A stretch of DNA of 36,211 nucleotides from Candidatus Woesearchaeota archaeon (GTDB taxonomy: Archaea > Nanobdellota > Nanobdellia > SCGC-AAA011-G17 > GW2011-AR18). The notes under the pieces were generated by a model. It ran no database searches. It was given only the letters and a program-made list of their open reading frames with translations, and was not told where the DNA came from. A program made the position numbers and the translations under genes. Positions 18,312 through 27,553 of this stretch are shown here, piece by piece; the stretch's first letter is position 1, and each line of letters begins with the position of its first letter. Where the stretch lies: NCBI GenBank assembly GCA_018302765.1, contig JAGVZG010000023.1:1-36211 (forward strand), in the 5' to 3' direction.

Positions 18312-18860
18312 CTAAACCTCAAATAATTCTTTATCTATAGAGAATAATTTATCCTTTATATTTTGAAGGTCCTTCCTCCAGCTTTCCAGCTTTTCCTCTT
18401 CTTGTGACTTTACATCTTCAAAAGCCCTCAAAATTTCTTCAGCGTCTTCTAATTTTGCCTTTAGTGCATCTAAAGTATGTATTGCCTGTTTATAGTTGTC
18501 TATTTTAACAAATATTGCTTTGTCCTCTCCGCCATAAGTCTTTTTCTCAGTCATAGCTGAAGGAGCTGACTGTGAAAAACTTTCTGATGATTTTGAAAGT
18601 GTAGTAGAAATCATAGTTTTATTGCTAAAATCCTGTGCCCTACTGGGTATAACTAAATCCTCATCCCCGGACTTGCTTACCTCTTTTTTTATATCTGCAA
18701 CCGTAGGCTCATATTTAGGAAACTCAGCAACGTCTTCATCCAAAGAAGGAAATTCAGGTAAAGTTGGAATATCTATTCTTTCCGCCTGGGACAATTGTGA
18801 TGGTGCAGAAGAAAACCGCTTTTCATCTCCTTTTTTCTTTCCTAAGCCAAATAAACCCAT
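18312..18860 (-). CDS. Hypothetical protein: MGLF..KKK N-terminus, acidic/Pro linker, C-terminal coiled coil
   Basis: 182 aa; IFVKIDNYKQAIHTLDALKAKL...WRKDLQNIKDKL. Confidence 0.85.
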   Translation of the reverse strand: MGLFGLGKKKGDEKRFSSAPSQLSQAERIDIPTLPEFPSLDEDVAEFPKYEPTVADIKKEVSKSGDEDLVIPSRAQDFSNKTMISTTLSKSSESFSQSAPSAMTEKKTYGGEDKAIFVKIDNYKQAIHTLDALKAKLEDAEEILRAFEDVKSQEEEKLESWRKDLQNIKDKLFSIDKELFEV

Positions 18861-19001
18861 TTATTTCACTCCTATATCTTGAATTACTAGTTATTCCCAG
18901 TTAAAAAGTTTTCTTATTATTCAAATGTAGTAAATATGAAATAACATTAAAATAAAGCAAGTTTTATAAATTTAATTGCCCAAATTTGTACTTGCTCAAA
19001 A

Positions 19002-19514
19002 ATGAAATTATCTCAAAAATTAGTAGAAGAGGCAATAATAGAAATAGCTGGAAGAGAAGGAGTGATGGTTTATAAGGTACTTAAAGACAAGGAAAATGTC
19101 AATGAATTTCTAATAGCTGAAAAATTAAAGCTCACTATAAATCAGATAAGAAATATAATATATAAATTTGAACAATATAATTTAATTACATCCACAAGAA
19201 AAAAAGACAGGAAAAAAGGTTGGTATATATATTTCTTCACTCTTAATAAAAAACAAATAGAAGATCTCGTTTTACAACTAAAGAAGAAAAAAATAAACAT
19301 ATTAAAAAAACAGCTAGAAAGGGAAGGAGCTCATGATTTCTACAGTTGTCCTAATAAATGCATGCGTCTTACAATAGAAAATGCAATGGAACATCAGTTT
19401 ATGTGTGCAGAATGCGGCAGTTTATTAGAGCCTGAAGACAAAGAAAAGAATATTACAAAAATTAAGAAAGGAATAAAAGAACTTGAAGAAGAATTTACTA
19501 AAATAACAGCTTGA
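19002..19514 (+). CDS. tfe: Transcription factor E (TFE-alpha)
   Basis: EFLIAEKL...INQIRNIIYK...KGWYIYFF wHTH; FYSCPNKC...FMCAECGSLL zinc ribbon. Confidence 0.93.
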   Translation: MKLSQKLVEEAIIEIAGREGVMVYKVLKDKENVNEFLIAEKLKLTINQIRNIIYKFEQYNLITSTRKKDRKKGWYIYFFTLNKKQIEDLVLQLKKKKINILKKQLEREGAHDFYSCPNKCMRLTIENAMEHQFMCAECGSLLEPEDKEKNITKIKKGIKELEEEFTKITA

Positions 19515-19520
19515 TAAAAA

Positions 19521-20156
19521 TTAATTTGTTACTCTAAATTGCCCAGGCATATAAACATTAAAAACAGGTTTTGTAACTAAGCTACCGTCTCTAATCAAAA
19601 AAGCAGAATTTGAATCCAAAGAAGTTTCTGATAAGCTTTCTTTTTTCTTAAATAATAAAGCAGCATCTAATTTAAAAGGTATAGAAGAAAGTCTTTTGTT
19701 TATAATTACTGAATTATAAAAATCAAAACCATAACTACTGGAGTATTCCAAAGCATGGTCAATATCAAAAAAAATCTGTGGTTTCTTTAAATCAACTTCT
19801 ACAATTTTATTTGTGGGTTCAATTTTAATTGTAGGATAAAATGCAAAATATGTTCCCTTTGTCAATACCTTTTGAAAATAAAAATAAAATTTATGATCTA
19901 ATATTTCTCTTACAATTGCTACACCAGATAAAGGATTAGCTCTCATTTTATTGCGAGGCTTTGTAGCAACCAGTAATGCTCTTGGCTCAAAGCCACCACT
20001 AGCATTTTCAACATTAAGAATAACTCCACCGTACAAACTAAAACCAAATTTTTTAACTCTAGAAACCACATCTTCAAGTGTTTCAGAAGGTTCACTAGCG
20101 GCTATTAACCTAACGTGGCCCAAACATGCCCCACTCCAGTCTTCTAATAAAACCAT
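19521..20156 (-). CDS. Hypothetical protein
   Basis: 211 aa ORF; no motif recognised. Confidence 0.7.
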   Translation of the reverse strand: MVLLEDWSGACLGHVRLIAASEPSETLEDVVSRVKKFGFSLYGGVILNVENASGGFEPRALLVATKPRNKMRANPLSGVAIVREILDHKFYFYFQKVLTKGTYFAFYPTIKIEPTNKIVEVDLKKPQIFFDIDHALEYSSSYGFDFYNSVIINKRLSSIPFKLDAALLFKKKESLSETSLDSNSAFLIRDGSLVTKPVFNVYMPGQFRVTN

Positions 20157-20204
20157 ACTAATAATTAATGCTTCAAATTTATATAAATTTACTTAAAACA
20201 AAAT

Positions 20205-20780
20205 CTATATTCCAAAAACTAAACTAAATAAAGGAATCCAAACTTTAGATCCGTCTAAAGGAGGAATAGGTAATGCGTTAAAGATAAATAACCATTTGTT
20301 TACTTCCTTTGTCAAGCTCCAGAAAATTGCAGTTCTCCTAGTCATACCTTTCTGCTTGCTTAAAAAAAACATGGCAGTAATCCATAGTAACAAATTAACA
20401 AAAGGGCCGAAGAAAGCAGTTATAATACCTTGCCAAGAAGATGCTCCAGAAATCACAACATAACCAGGAGCAAGCAAAATAAACCCGCTTCCAAATAACT
20501 TTAGCAAAACTCCAAAAAATAAACCAAAATAAGACACCTGAAAAAAAGCACTCAACCCAAGAAACATAGCAACAAACTTATGACCCATTTCATGCAGTAT
20601 TATTCCTGGAGCTGCAACTAAACAAGAAAACCAAAATTCACTCCAATCAAAACCTTTGGTGTAAGAATGCAATACGTCTTTATTGCTTCCTCTCAATGGA
20701 AAAATTCCTGTAAAAATATAACCAGTAACTAAAGTTGCAATTACAATGTATAAAATCTCTAATAATGAGATAATAGCCAT
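20205..20780 (-). CDS. M50-family (site-2) membrane metalloprotease
   Basis: ILHEMGHKF (HExxH), FGPFVNL, FNALPIPPLDGSKV (NxxPxxxxDG); ATG 20780. Confidence 0.92.
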   Translation of the reverse strand: MAIISLLEILYIVIATLVTGYIFTGIFPLRGSNKDVLHSYTKGFDWSEFWFSCLVAAPGIILHEMGHKFVAMFLGLSAFFQVSYFGLFFGVLLKLFGSGFILLAPGYVVISGASSWQGIITAFFGPFVNLLLWITAMFFLSKQKGMTRRTAIFWSLTKEVNKWLFIFNALPIPPLDGSKVWIPLFSLVFGI

Positions 20781-20781
20781 T

Positions 20782-20976
20782 TCAATTCTCAAAGCCTAAA
20801 AGTAAGAAAACTAAACCTACCAAAAAAATCATAATAGGAACGCCGCCTTTCAGCAATGATAGGAAATCAGAAAGCCACCATACTACAACAGCATAGACAG
20901 AAGCCAATATTAATATTAGGCCAACTACTATTTTCAAAAAACCCATTGCATTCATACAATAACTCGGGTAATTCAT
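20782..20976 (-). CDS. Small two-TM membrane protein
   Basis: Two hydrophobic helices (KIVVGLILILASVYAVVVWW; GGVPIMIFLVGLVFLLLG); exact start uncertain. Confidence 0.7.
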   Translation of the reverse strand: MNYPSYCMNAMGFLKIVVGLILILASVYAVVVWWLSDFLSLLKGGVPIMIFLVGLVFLLLGFEN

Positions 20977-21087
20977 ATTTATAAACTTTTTTACTATCCA
21001 AAAATATCAACAAATAATATATTAATATGATAGAATTGTCATAAAAAACCAGAAACATTTAAATATAGTTCAAATAGCCAAAACAAA

Positions 21088-21666
21088 ATGGGTTTATACA
21101 AATACATAAAAAAAACAAATAAGAAAAAACCTAAAGAATATTCTGAACTAATTAAAAAAAGATTAATTGAATGGAGAAAAGAATCAACTCCTCTTAAAAT
21201 AGAAAATCCTACTAACGTAGCTTCTGCTAGAAGATTGGGATACAAAGCAAAACATGGTTTTATTCTAATAAGAATAAGAATAGAAAGAGGACAAAAACAA
21301 AGACCAAGCATAAGGCATGGTAGAAGATCAGCTCACTTCAGACAAAGACTAGTTCTAAAAAAAAGTTACCAATGGATAGCAGAAGAAAGAGCAGCAAAGA
21401 AATATCCAAACCTAGAAGTTTTAAATTCATATAAAATAGGAAAAGATGGAGTTCATTTCTGGTACGAAGTTATTTTGGTAGACCCTAATCACCCAGAGAT
21501 AAAATCTGATAAAAATATATCATGGATCAGATTAAACAAACATAAAGGAAGGGTATACCGTGGATTAACATCTGCTGGAAAGAAGTCAAGATCTCTTAGA
21601 GGTAAAGGAAAAGGATTTGAAAAATCAAGACCAAGCTTAGGAGCTCATTCTTATAGGGCAAAGTAA
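21088..21666 (+). CDS. rpl15e: 50S ribosomal protein L15e
   Basis: MGLYKYI, ARRLGYKAKHGF, EERAAKKYPNLEVLNSY, RGRVYRGLTSAGKKSR-like C-terminus. Confidence 0.97.
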   Translation: MGLYKYIKKTNKKKPKEYSELIKKRLIEWRKESTPLKIENPTNVASARRLGYKAKHGFILIRIRIERGQKQRPSIRHGRRSAHFRQRLVLKKSYQWIAEERAAKKYPNLEVLNSYKIGKDGVHFWYEVILVDPNHPEIKSDKNISWIRLNKHKGRVYRGLTSAGKKSRSLRGKGKGFEKSRPSLGAHSYRAK

Positions 21667-21670
21667 ATTA

Positions 21671-22042
21671 ATGGAAACATTTTACATACTTGAAGTTAAA
21701 GGAATAGAAGAAAGAGAAATTCTAGATAGACTAAAAAGAAAACCAAATACAGAAAATGGTTATATGATTGCAAATTACTGTAATGGTTCTACTCATGGTT
21801 CTTATTGTGATGGTGTATACTACAGACCAAACTTAGGAATAGTTGTAAGATTTGTTGGTGAAGGGGCACAAGACGAAAAAGTATGGAAAAAAGTGTGCAT
21901 GTATTCAAAAGAAGCAATGGGAAATGCAAAACTTAGGTTAAATGGTAGAAGTGATGACGCTCTTGAAATAATAGAAAGAACTGATGAAGACAGAAAAATT
22001 GAAGACTTGATAGAAAGAGCACAAATAACAGATAGATTATAG
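21671..22042 (+). CDS. Hypothetical protein
   Basis: 123 aa ORF 4 nt after rpl15e. Confidence 0.7.
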   Translation: METFYILEVKGIEEREILDRLKRKPNTENGYMIANYCNGSTHGSYCDGVYYRPNLGIVVRFVGEGAQDEKVWKKVCMYSKEAMGNAKLRLNGRSDDALEIIERTDEDRKIEDLIERAQITDRL

Positions 22043-22124
22043 TATATTTAATTAAATACTTTCAAAAACTGTATTATTAACACAATAGTGTTTATATTCA
22101 TAAATATCCAGAGTTTAAATCTAG

Positions 22125-22385
22125 ATGGAAAGAGAGGTAATACCACTAGAAATAATATGTGAAATTGGATATAAGAGTTCTCTATATGTTCTAACAAAAG
22201 ACGGAAATGTCTATAGGCCTCATGGCTTAAATACGTACTTAGATCCTTATAAGCATAACAATAATATTCATTTTTATTGCATTAGTGAAAATAATCCGAC
22301 ATTGGCTGAAAAAGTACTAAAAGAAGGAAAAAAAGAATACAAAGAGCCTGCAAGTGTTGAAGTTCTAAGAAAAGCCGCACTATAA
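22125..22385 (+). CDS. Hypothetical protein
   Basis: 86 aa ORF. Confidence 0.6.
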   Translation: MEREVIPLEIICEIGYKSSLYVLTKDGNVYRPHGLNTYLDPYKHNNNIHFYCISENNPTLAEKVLKEGKKEYKEPASVEVLRKAAL

Positions 22386-22490
22386 TTCAATTATTTTTCT
22401 TTTCTCAAGCTCTTCAATGACTATCATAACAGGTCCAGCTATTAAAACCAAGAACATAATAACCATCATAAATAATTCAAAAAATGCCAT
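22380..22490 (-). CDS. 36-aa single-TM microprotein (not in ORF track)
   Basis: MAFFELFMMVIMFLVLIAGPVMIVIEELEKRKIIEL*; ATG 1 nt after the histone stop. Confidence 0.55.
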   Translation of the reverse strand: MAFFELFMMVIMFLVLIAGPVMIVIEELEKRKIIEL

Positions 22491-22491
22491 T

Positions 22492-22701
22492 TTATTTAAC
22501 AGCTAATTTTATATCTGAACCTTTAACAGTCTTTCTGCCAGAATGCTGAGCAATTCTAACAGCTTTTTGTCCTATTTCTTCACCATAGTCCTCAAGAACG
22601 TCTTTCATTGCTCCTTTTGCGTCCTCGCTTACTCTAGCTGCTCCGCATTTCTTTAATAATTTCTCCATTGCTGCTAAAGGCAGAATTTTTCCTTTATCCA
22701 T
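22492..22701 (-). CDS. Archaeal histone (HMf/HMt family)
   Basis: LPLAAMEKLLKK.GAARVSEDAK...AQHSGRKTVKGSDIKLA; ATG 22701. Confidence 0.95.
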   Translation of the reverse strand: MDKGKILPLAAMEKLLKKCGAARVSEDAKGAMKDVLEDYGEEIGQKAVRIAQHSGRKTVKGSDIKLAVK

Positions 22702-22741
22702 AAATATAATCTGCAAAATATCACTTAAATAGCTTTCGGTA

Positions 22742-22993
22742 TCACTTTTTAAAGAGTCTTCTAAAACTAATATTCTTTCTCTCCAAAAAAGACAGTATAA
22801 GCACTAAAATTACCAAACTAACAACCATAGTTATTATGGCTGATATAAAAATAAACAAAAGCAGCAAAATAATAGTTGCCACAACAGCAATTAATACTCT
22901 ATTAATTAAAGAAATCCTGCTGTCTAACTTCAGAAATAGCAACAATCCTATAAATAAAATAAAATAAAAAATGATTTTCTCAAAAAAAGCCAT
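22742..22993 (-). CDS. Small multi-TM membrane protein
   Basis: 83 aa, almost entirely hydrophobic with basic C-terminus. Confidence 0.7.
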   Translation of the reverse strand: MAFFEKIIFYFILFIGLLLFLKLDSRISLINRVLIAVVATIILLLLFIFISAIITMVVSLVILVLILSFLERKNISFRRLFKK

Positions 22994-23030
22994 AGAGAAA
23001 TTTTATATAGACCTAGATTTAAATGTTTCT

Positions 23031-24062
23031 GTGTTAACAGACAGTGAAATAAATGAAATTAGAGAAATACTAGATAAAGCAAATAATCCTTTATATTTAT
23101 TTGATGATGATGGAGATGGTGTATGTGCATATCTAATACTAAAAAAACATTTTAAAAAAGGTAAAGGCATTTCAATAAAAAGTGCAGGTGCGCTAGATAC
23201 AAAATATTCAGTATACATCTATGAAGAAAAACCAGACTTGGTAGTAATACTAGATAAAGCAGTTGTCAAGCAGGAATTAATAGATGAAATACCATGTGAA
23301 ATTTTATACATAGATCATCACCCAATACAAGAATTGAAAAAAGTAAAATATTACAATCCTCTTATCCATGATAAAAAATCTTACATCCCAACAAGTTACA
23401 TGGCATATAAAATAACAAATGATAACTTATGGCTAGCTATAGTAGGATGTCTATTTGACTACAAAAGCCCTGATTTTCTAAATGAATTTAAAAAACAATA
23501 CCCAGACTTATTAGACAAGACACATACAGATCCGGGTTATATATTATTCAAAACCGAGTTAGGCAGACTAATAAAATTGTTTGCATTTAACATGAAAGGC
23601 AAAAACAGTGAAGTGAAAAAATCAATAGAGCTACTTGAAAATATAGAGTCGCCATATGAAATAATAAATAAAACAAATGAAAATGCAGAATATCTTCAAA
23701 AAAGATATGAAAAGCTAAATAGGGAATATGAACTTCTACTTGATAAAGCAAAAAACTGTATAAACAACAAAGACAAAGTAATAGTATTTGAATATCCATC
23801 CAGCAAAACAAGTTTCACACAATATCTGGCAACAGAACTAAGCTATGCACACCAAAATAAAACAGTAATTGTAGCTAGAGAAAAAGAAAATGATTTTAAA
23901 TTAAGCCTGAGAAATCAAAAAAAAGATATATCCAAAATACTGGCAAAGGCATTAAATGGTCTAAGTGGCTATGGTGGCGGCCATAAACACGCTTGCGGGG
24001 CTTCGATAGATAAAAAAGATTATGAAAACCTAATAGAAAGAATTCGTAAACTAACAAAATGA
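23031..24062 (+). CDS. DHH-family phosphoesterase with DHHA1 domain
   Basis: FDDDGDG, ILD, IDHHP, GGGHKHACGA; GTG 23031 avoids overlap with the divergent gene. Confidence 0.9.
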   Translation: MLTDSEINEIREILDKANNPLYLFDDDGDGVCAYLILKKHFKKGKGISIKSAGALDTKYSVYIYEEKPDLVVILDKAVVKQELIDEIPCEILYIDHHPIQELKKVKYYNPLIHDKKSYIPTSYMAYKITNDNLWLAIVGCLFDYKSPDFLNEFKKQYPDLLDKTHTDPGYILFKTELGRLIKLFAFNMKGKNSEVKKSIELLENIESPYEIINKTNENAEYLQKRYEKLNREYELLLDKAKNCINNKDKVIVFEYPSSKTSFTQYLATELSYAHQNKTVIVAREKENDFKLSLRNQKKDISKILAKALNGLSGYGGGHKHACGASIDKKDYENLIERIRKLTK

Positions 24063-26020
24063 AGAAAACCTACATAAAAAAATCTTATTTACTAATAGTC
24101 TTAATATTACTAGTTACATTGCAAGAATCATTTGCTCTAAATGTAGTAAATGATTATAATGATTACAGTGAATTAAAACTAAACTTTCTCATAAATGGAG
24201 AATTTGAGTTAATAAAAACAAGTGAGGATCACAAAATAGCTGAAGCAATAACATATTTGACATTCTTTCCTCAGATAGACAATATGCAAAAAATAGAATC
24301 TATAGATTTTAATTCTAAACCAAGTGCAAAAATAACAAAAGAAAGCGAAGAAATAATTTACCAATGGGACAATCCAGAAGAAGGAAAATTTTATTTTGGT
24401 CTGGATTCAGAAATAAAGACAGTCAATACTATGCCTATTATCGATGAAAAAATATATTTTCCCATAAACAATAAAAACAAACTATACACAGAACCAACAG
24501 AATTTATAGATATTACTCCAGAGATAAAAGAACAAGCAGACAAAATTGTTTCTGGAGAAGATGATCTTTATGCAGTAACTTTCAAAATAGCATACTGGAT
24601 ACAGCAGAACATAAAATATAATCTAACTACTCTCACAGCAGAGGTAGTGCAAAAATCAAGCTGGGTACTAAAGAACAAAGAAGGTGTCTGCGATGAATTA
24701 ACAAACCTGTTTATATCAATGATGAGATCACTGGGAATTCAGGCAAGATTTATATCAGGAATGGTTTACACAAATATAGACAACAAGTGGTCTCCTCATG
24801 CATGGGCAGAAGTATATTTTCCTGATAAAGGTTGGCTGCCATTTGACATAACATACGGAGAATTCGGCTGGATAGACCCAACTCACATAAAACTAAATGT
24901 CAACAAAGATTCTGGAGAGCCAGCAGTAAAGTACACTTGGAAAGCAATAGATACAAAACTAGAAGGTAAGAAAATAGACTTAAATACTACACTGATTGAG
25001 AAAGGAAACAAAATTACATCACCACTAGAATTTAAAGTCAAAACATTAGAAAATGATGTCGGCCAAGGAAGCTTTGTACCAATAGAATTAGAGATAAGTA
25101 ATAATAACAATTATTATATGGCAGACTGGTTTACAATAACAAAAGCCCCAAATCTGACAGAAAGTAATTCTAAGGTAGCTTTATTAAAACCAGGAGAAAA
25201 AAAGAAAATATTCTGGATTGCAAAAATACCTGAAAACCTAGAAGAAGGTTACACTTATCTTACAACTGTAGAAATAGAAGATCAGTTCCACACAAAAACA
25301 AATCTTAACATAACTTACGGAAAAGACTTAAATAAAATAAGCCTGAATGAAGCTAAATCATTAATAGAAAAATCTTACCAAGAGAAAGAAATAAAGACAG
25401 TATCAAATAAAATTTCAATAGAATGTAATGGGCCAGAAGTAGTACTAATTAATGAGTCACTAAAAATAAATTGCAAGTTAACAAACAAAGGAAACACAAG
25501 ACTTGATAATTTAAAAATCTGCTATAAAAAAGAATGCCTATCAACAGATCTTTCTATTGTTGAAGAAAAAAATATAGAAATTCCAATAAATGGCTTAAAA
25601 CTTGGTACGCAAACTATTGAAATAGAAGTCAATAATGAAAACACAAAAGCTTCAGACATAGTAACTATAGAAGTTATAGAAAATCCTAATATAAAAATAT
25701 TAAGCCTGCAATATCCAGAAAAAGTAAAATATGAAGAAGACCTTGAGATTAAATTTTTATTATCAACAAGAACGCCAGTGCAGGATATAAAAATAAACAT
25801 AAATAATGTAGAAGAGGTAGAAATTGACAAATTAAATACTAAAAAAGAAGTTATTATTACAACAAAGGGTAAAAAATTCTTAGGAAAAGATGAGGTGAAA
25901 TTTGAACTTGAATTTAAAGATTTAAAAGATAAAAGTTACAAATTAGAATATTCTTATCCTATAGAAATTATAGAAATACCCTGGTATATAAAAATTCTGC
26001 AATTTCTTAATTTAATTTAA
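24059..26020 (+). CDS. Secreted transglutaminase-like (Cys-His-Asp) domain protein with C-terminal Ig-like domains
   Basis: Signal peptide; EGVCDELTNLF, SPHAWAEVY, WLPFDIT. Confidence 0.9.
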   Translation: MKKTYIKKSYLLIVLILLVTLQESFALNVVNDYNDYSELKLNFLINGEFELIKTSEDHKIAEAITYLTFFPQIDNMQKIESIDFNSKPSAKITKESEEIIYQWDNPEEGKFYFGLDSEIKTVNTMPIIDEKIYFPINNKNKLYTEPTEFIDITPEIKEQADKIVSGEDDLYAVTFKIAYWIQQNIKYNLTTLTAEVVQKSSWVLKNKEGVCDELTNLFISMMRSLGIQARFISGMVYTNIDNKWSPHAWAEVYFPDKGWLPFDITYGEFGWIDPTHIKLNVNKDSGEPAVKYTWKAIDTKLEGKKIDLNTTLIEKGNKITSPLEFKVKTLENDVGQGSFVPIELEISNNNNYYMADWFTITKAPNLTESNSKVALLKPGEKKKIFWIAKIPENLEEGYTYLTTVEIEDQFHTKTNLNITYGKDLNKISLNEAKSLIEKSYQEKEIKTVSNKISIECNGPEVVLINESLKINCKLTNKGNTRLDNLKICYKKECLSTDLSIVEEKNIEIPINGLKLGTQTIEIEVNNENTKASDIVTIEVIENPNIKILSLQYPEKVKYEEDLEIKFLLSTRTPVQDIKININNVEEVEIDKLNTKKEVIITTKGKKFLGKDEVKFELEFKDLKDKSYKLEYSYPIEIIEIPWYIKILQFLNLI

Positions 26021-26022
26021 AG

Positions 26023-26130
26023 CGAGCCCGGAGGGATTTTCGTATTTTACCCAAGCTTTCCTAAAGCTTGTATTCGAACCCTCAGCTCAAGGTCCGAAGC
26101 CTTGCCGGTTATCCATTACCATACGGGCCC
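26023..26130 (-). tRNA. tRNA-Arg(UCG) with 36-nt non-canonical intron in the T-loop at 59/60 (26037..26072)
   Basis: GGGCCCG/CGGGCTC acceptor, CAAGG-CT-TCG-GA-CCTTG anticodon arm, GAGGG/CCCTC T stem; BHB-like TTCG/CGAA with AA|T bulges; intron hairpin CAAGCTTT/AAAGCTTG. Confidence 0.9.
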
Positions 26131-26170
26131 AATACAATCAATAATTAACATCAGATTTAAACTTAACCAT

Positions 26171-26548
26171 TTATCTCAATAAAGTTCGTTCTATATCACT
26201 AAGACTAGAAGCAGATACTAAATTTCCCAAAGGATGACCAAAAGGAACGTCATGCTCTAACTGATCTACGCTACCATTACAGTCATTATCTTGAGCATAT
26301 ACCATTGATCCATTAAATTTAACATAGATATAAGAATTATCAATTCTTCCAACCCACAAACCAACAACGCAATCATTAACTAAATTACCACTTCTAAAAT
26401 AACCTAGTTTGCGTTTAACTAGCAAAACATCATAACCCTGTGCAATACCATAATTAAATTCTTTAACTCTAAGCAAGGTCTGGCTACTACAACCAGAAAG
26501 CCCAATAATGCAAGCCAAACTACCAATTAAATTAAACAAACTTCCCAT
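26171..26548 (-). CDS. Hypothetical lipoprotein-like protein
   Basis: Hydrophobic N-terminus ending LSGC (Cys20). Confidence 0.7.
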   Translation of the reverse strand: MGSLFNLIGSLACIIGLSGCSSQTLLRVKEFNYGIAQGYDVLLVKRKLGYFRSGNLVNDCVVGLWVGRIDNSYIYVKFNGSMVYAQDNDCNGSVDQLEHDVPFGHPLGNLVSASSLSDIERTLLR

Positions 26549-26620
26549 TCGATGTAAAAAACTAAAAAATTATTTAAATCTTTTGGATAAGTTTTTAAAA
26601 TTTTTTCATAATTCAAAATA

Positions 26621-27019
26621 ATGGACTTAAGTAATATAGAAAGAGAAATCAATACGTTAACAGAAGTTTTAGTAAAAACAGTTCCTTCTTTATTGGAAAT
26701 TAGATTATTTGGTAGTTATTATAATGGAAATTGGAATCCAGAAAGATCAGACATAGATATATTTGTTCTAAAAACAGATGAAAATTACTCTGCAAATAAA
26801 TATAGAAGAGCAGGGCCACTCTATACAACATTAGAAAGTAAGTAAAGAGACGATCTTAGAAAAACAATAAATCAATGTATTGAAAATCTTAGTTATAGAA
26901 AAAAATTCCAAATATTTATAGTATCTAAGGAAGATATAAAATTATTAATTGGCAGGGATGAAGGAAGAGGAAACATTGGAAGAACTATGTTAAACGGTAG
27001 ATTATTATACAAAAACTAA
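26621..27019 (+). pseudogene. Minimal nucleotidyltransferase (MNT-type) with in-frame premature TAA at 26843-45
   Basis: LFGSY...SDIDIFV motif; same frame resumes RDDLRK...FQIFIVSKED...GNIGRTMLNGRLLYKN* to 27019. Confidence 0.8.
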
Positions 27020-27051
27020 ATACTTTAGATAAGATATTGGATTAATATAAA

Positions 27052-27396
27052 TTATTGTCTAGGAACAGCAACAACAAGTGCTCTATATCTAGCATTGACA
27101 ACTACTAAATTAGGATTATTCTTATCAATTTTTTCTGCATCAGCCATTCTAGCCCCAATTTTACCCATAACAAACATAAATTCCGCCTTACTTATAGTTG
27201 CCAAATGCTTCTTAAGATATTCTAAATCATCAGAAGCACTTTGCAAAATAGCTGTAACATTTTTAGCCTTAATAGAATTTTGAGCTTCTTGAAAGCCTTT
27301 TACAGTACCTAAATTATAGCTACTAATAGCTAAAGTAACTGCAGTAGTAACTGCAAGTAACAATTTACCAATTTTTTTATAATCCATAAAAACCAT
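27052..27396 (-). CDS. Hypothetical protein with N-terminal TM/signal anchor
   Basis: 114 aa; KKIGKLLLAVTTAVTLAISS. Confidence 0.7.
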   Translation of the reverse strand: MVFMDYKKIGKLLLAVTTAVTLAISSYNLGTVKGFQEAQNSIKAKNVTAILQSASDDLEYLKKHLATISKAEFMFVMGKIGARMADAEKIDKNNPNLVVVNARYRALVVAVPRQ

Positions 27397-27437
27397 AATA
27401 ATAAAAGAGATATATATCTTTCGTTTAATAAAATAAA

Positions 27438-27525
27438 CGAGCCCGGAGGGATTCGAACCCCCATCCTCTGGTATCTACAAATTTTACCGTAGCCAGATAT
27501 TCTGTCCAAGTTATACTACGGGCCC
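27438..27525 (-). tRNA. tRNA-Arg(ACG) with 14-nt intron at 37/38 (27473..27486)
   Basis: GGGCCCG/CGGGCTC acceptor, TCTGG/CCAGA anticodon stem, anticodon ACG at 27490..27488, BHB central helix CTAC/GTAG with GG|T and AT|A bulges, GGGGG-TTCGAAT-CCCTC T arm. Confidence 0.9.
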
Positions 27526-27553
27526 ATAACAAACAAATCATGACAACAATTAA

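Noticed and set aside
17424-26845. TAA reassignment or readthrough as an explanation for the in-frame TAAs in eif2g and the MNT
   Set aside because: Most conserved genes here (rpl15e, rps12, rps7, flpA, histone) end at TAA at the expected length, and readthrough in eif2g would still leave 10 extra residues inside the P-loop.
26800-26860. Possible BHB intron around the MNT premature stop (CTCT/AGAG pairing)
   Set aside because: No outer helix forms, and the frame continues without needing any removal; a point nonsense change is simpler.
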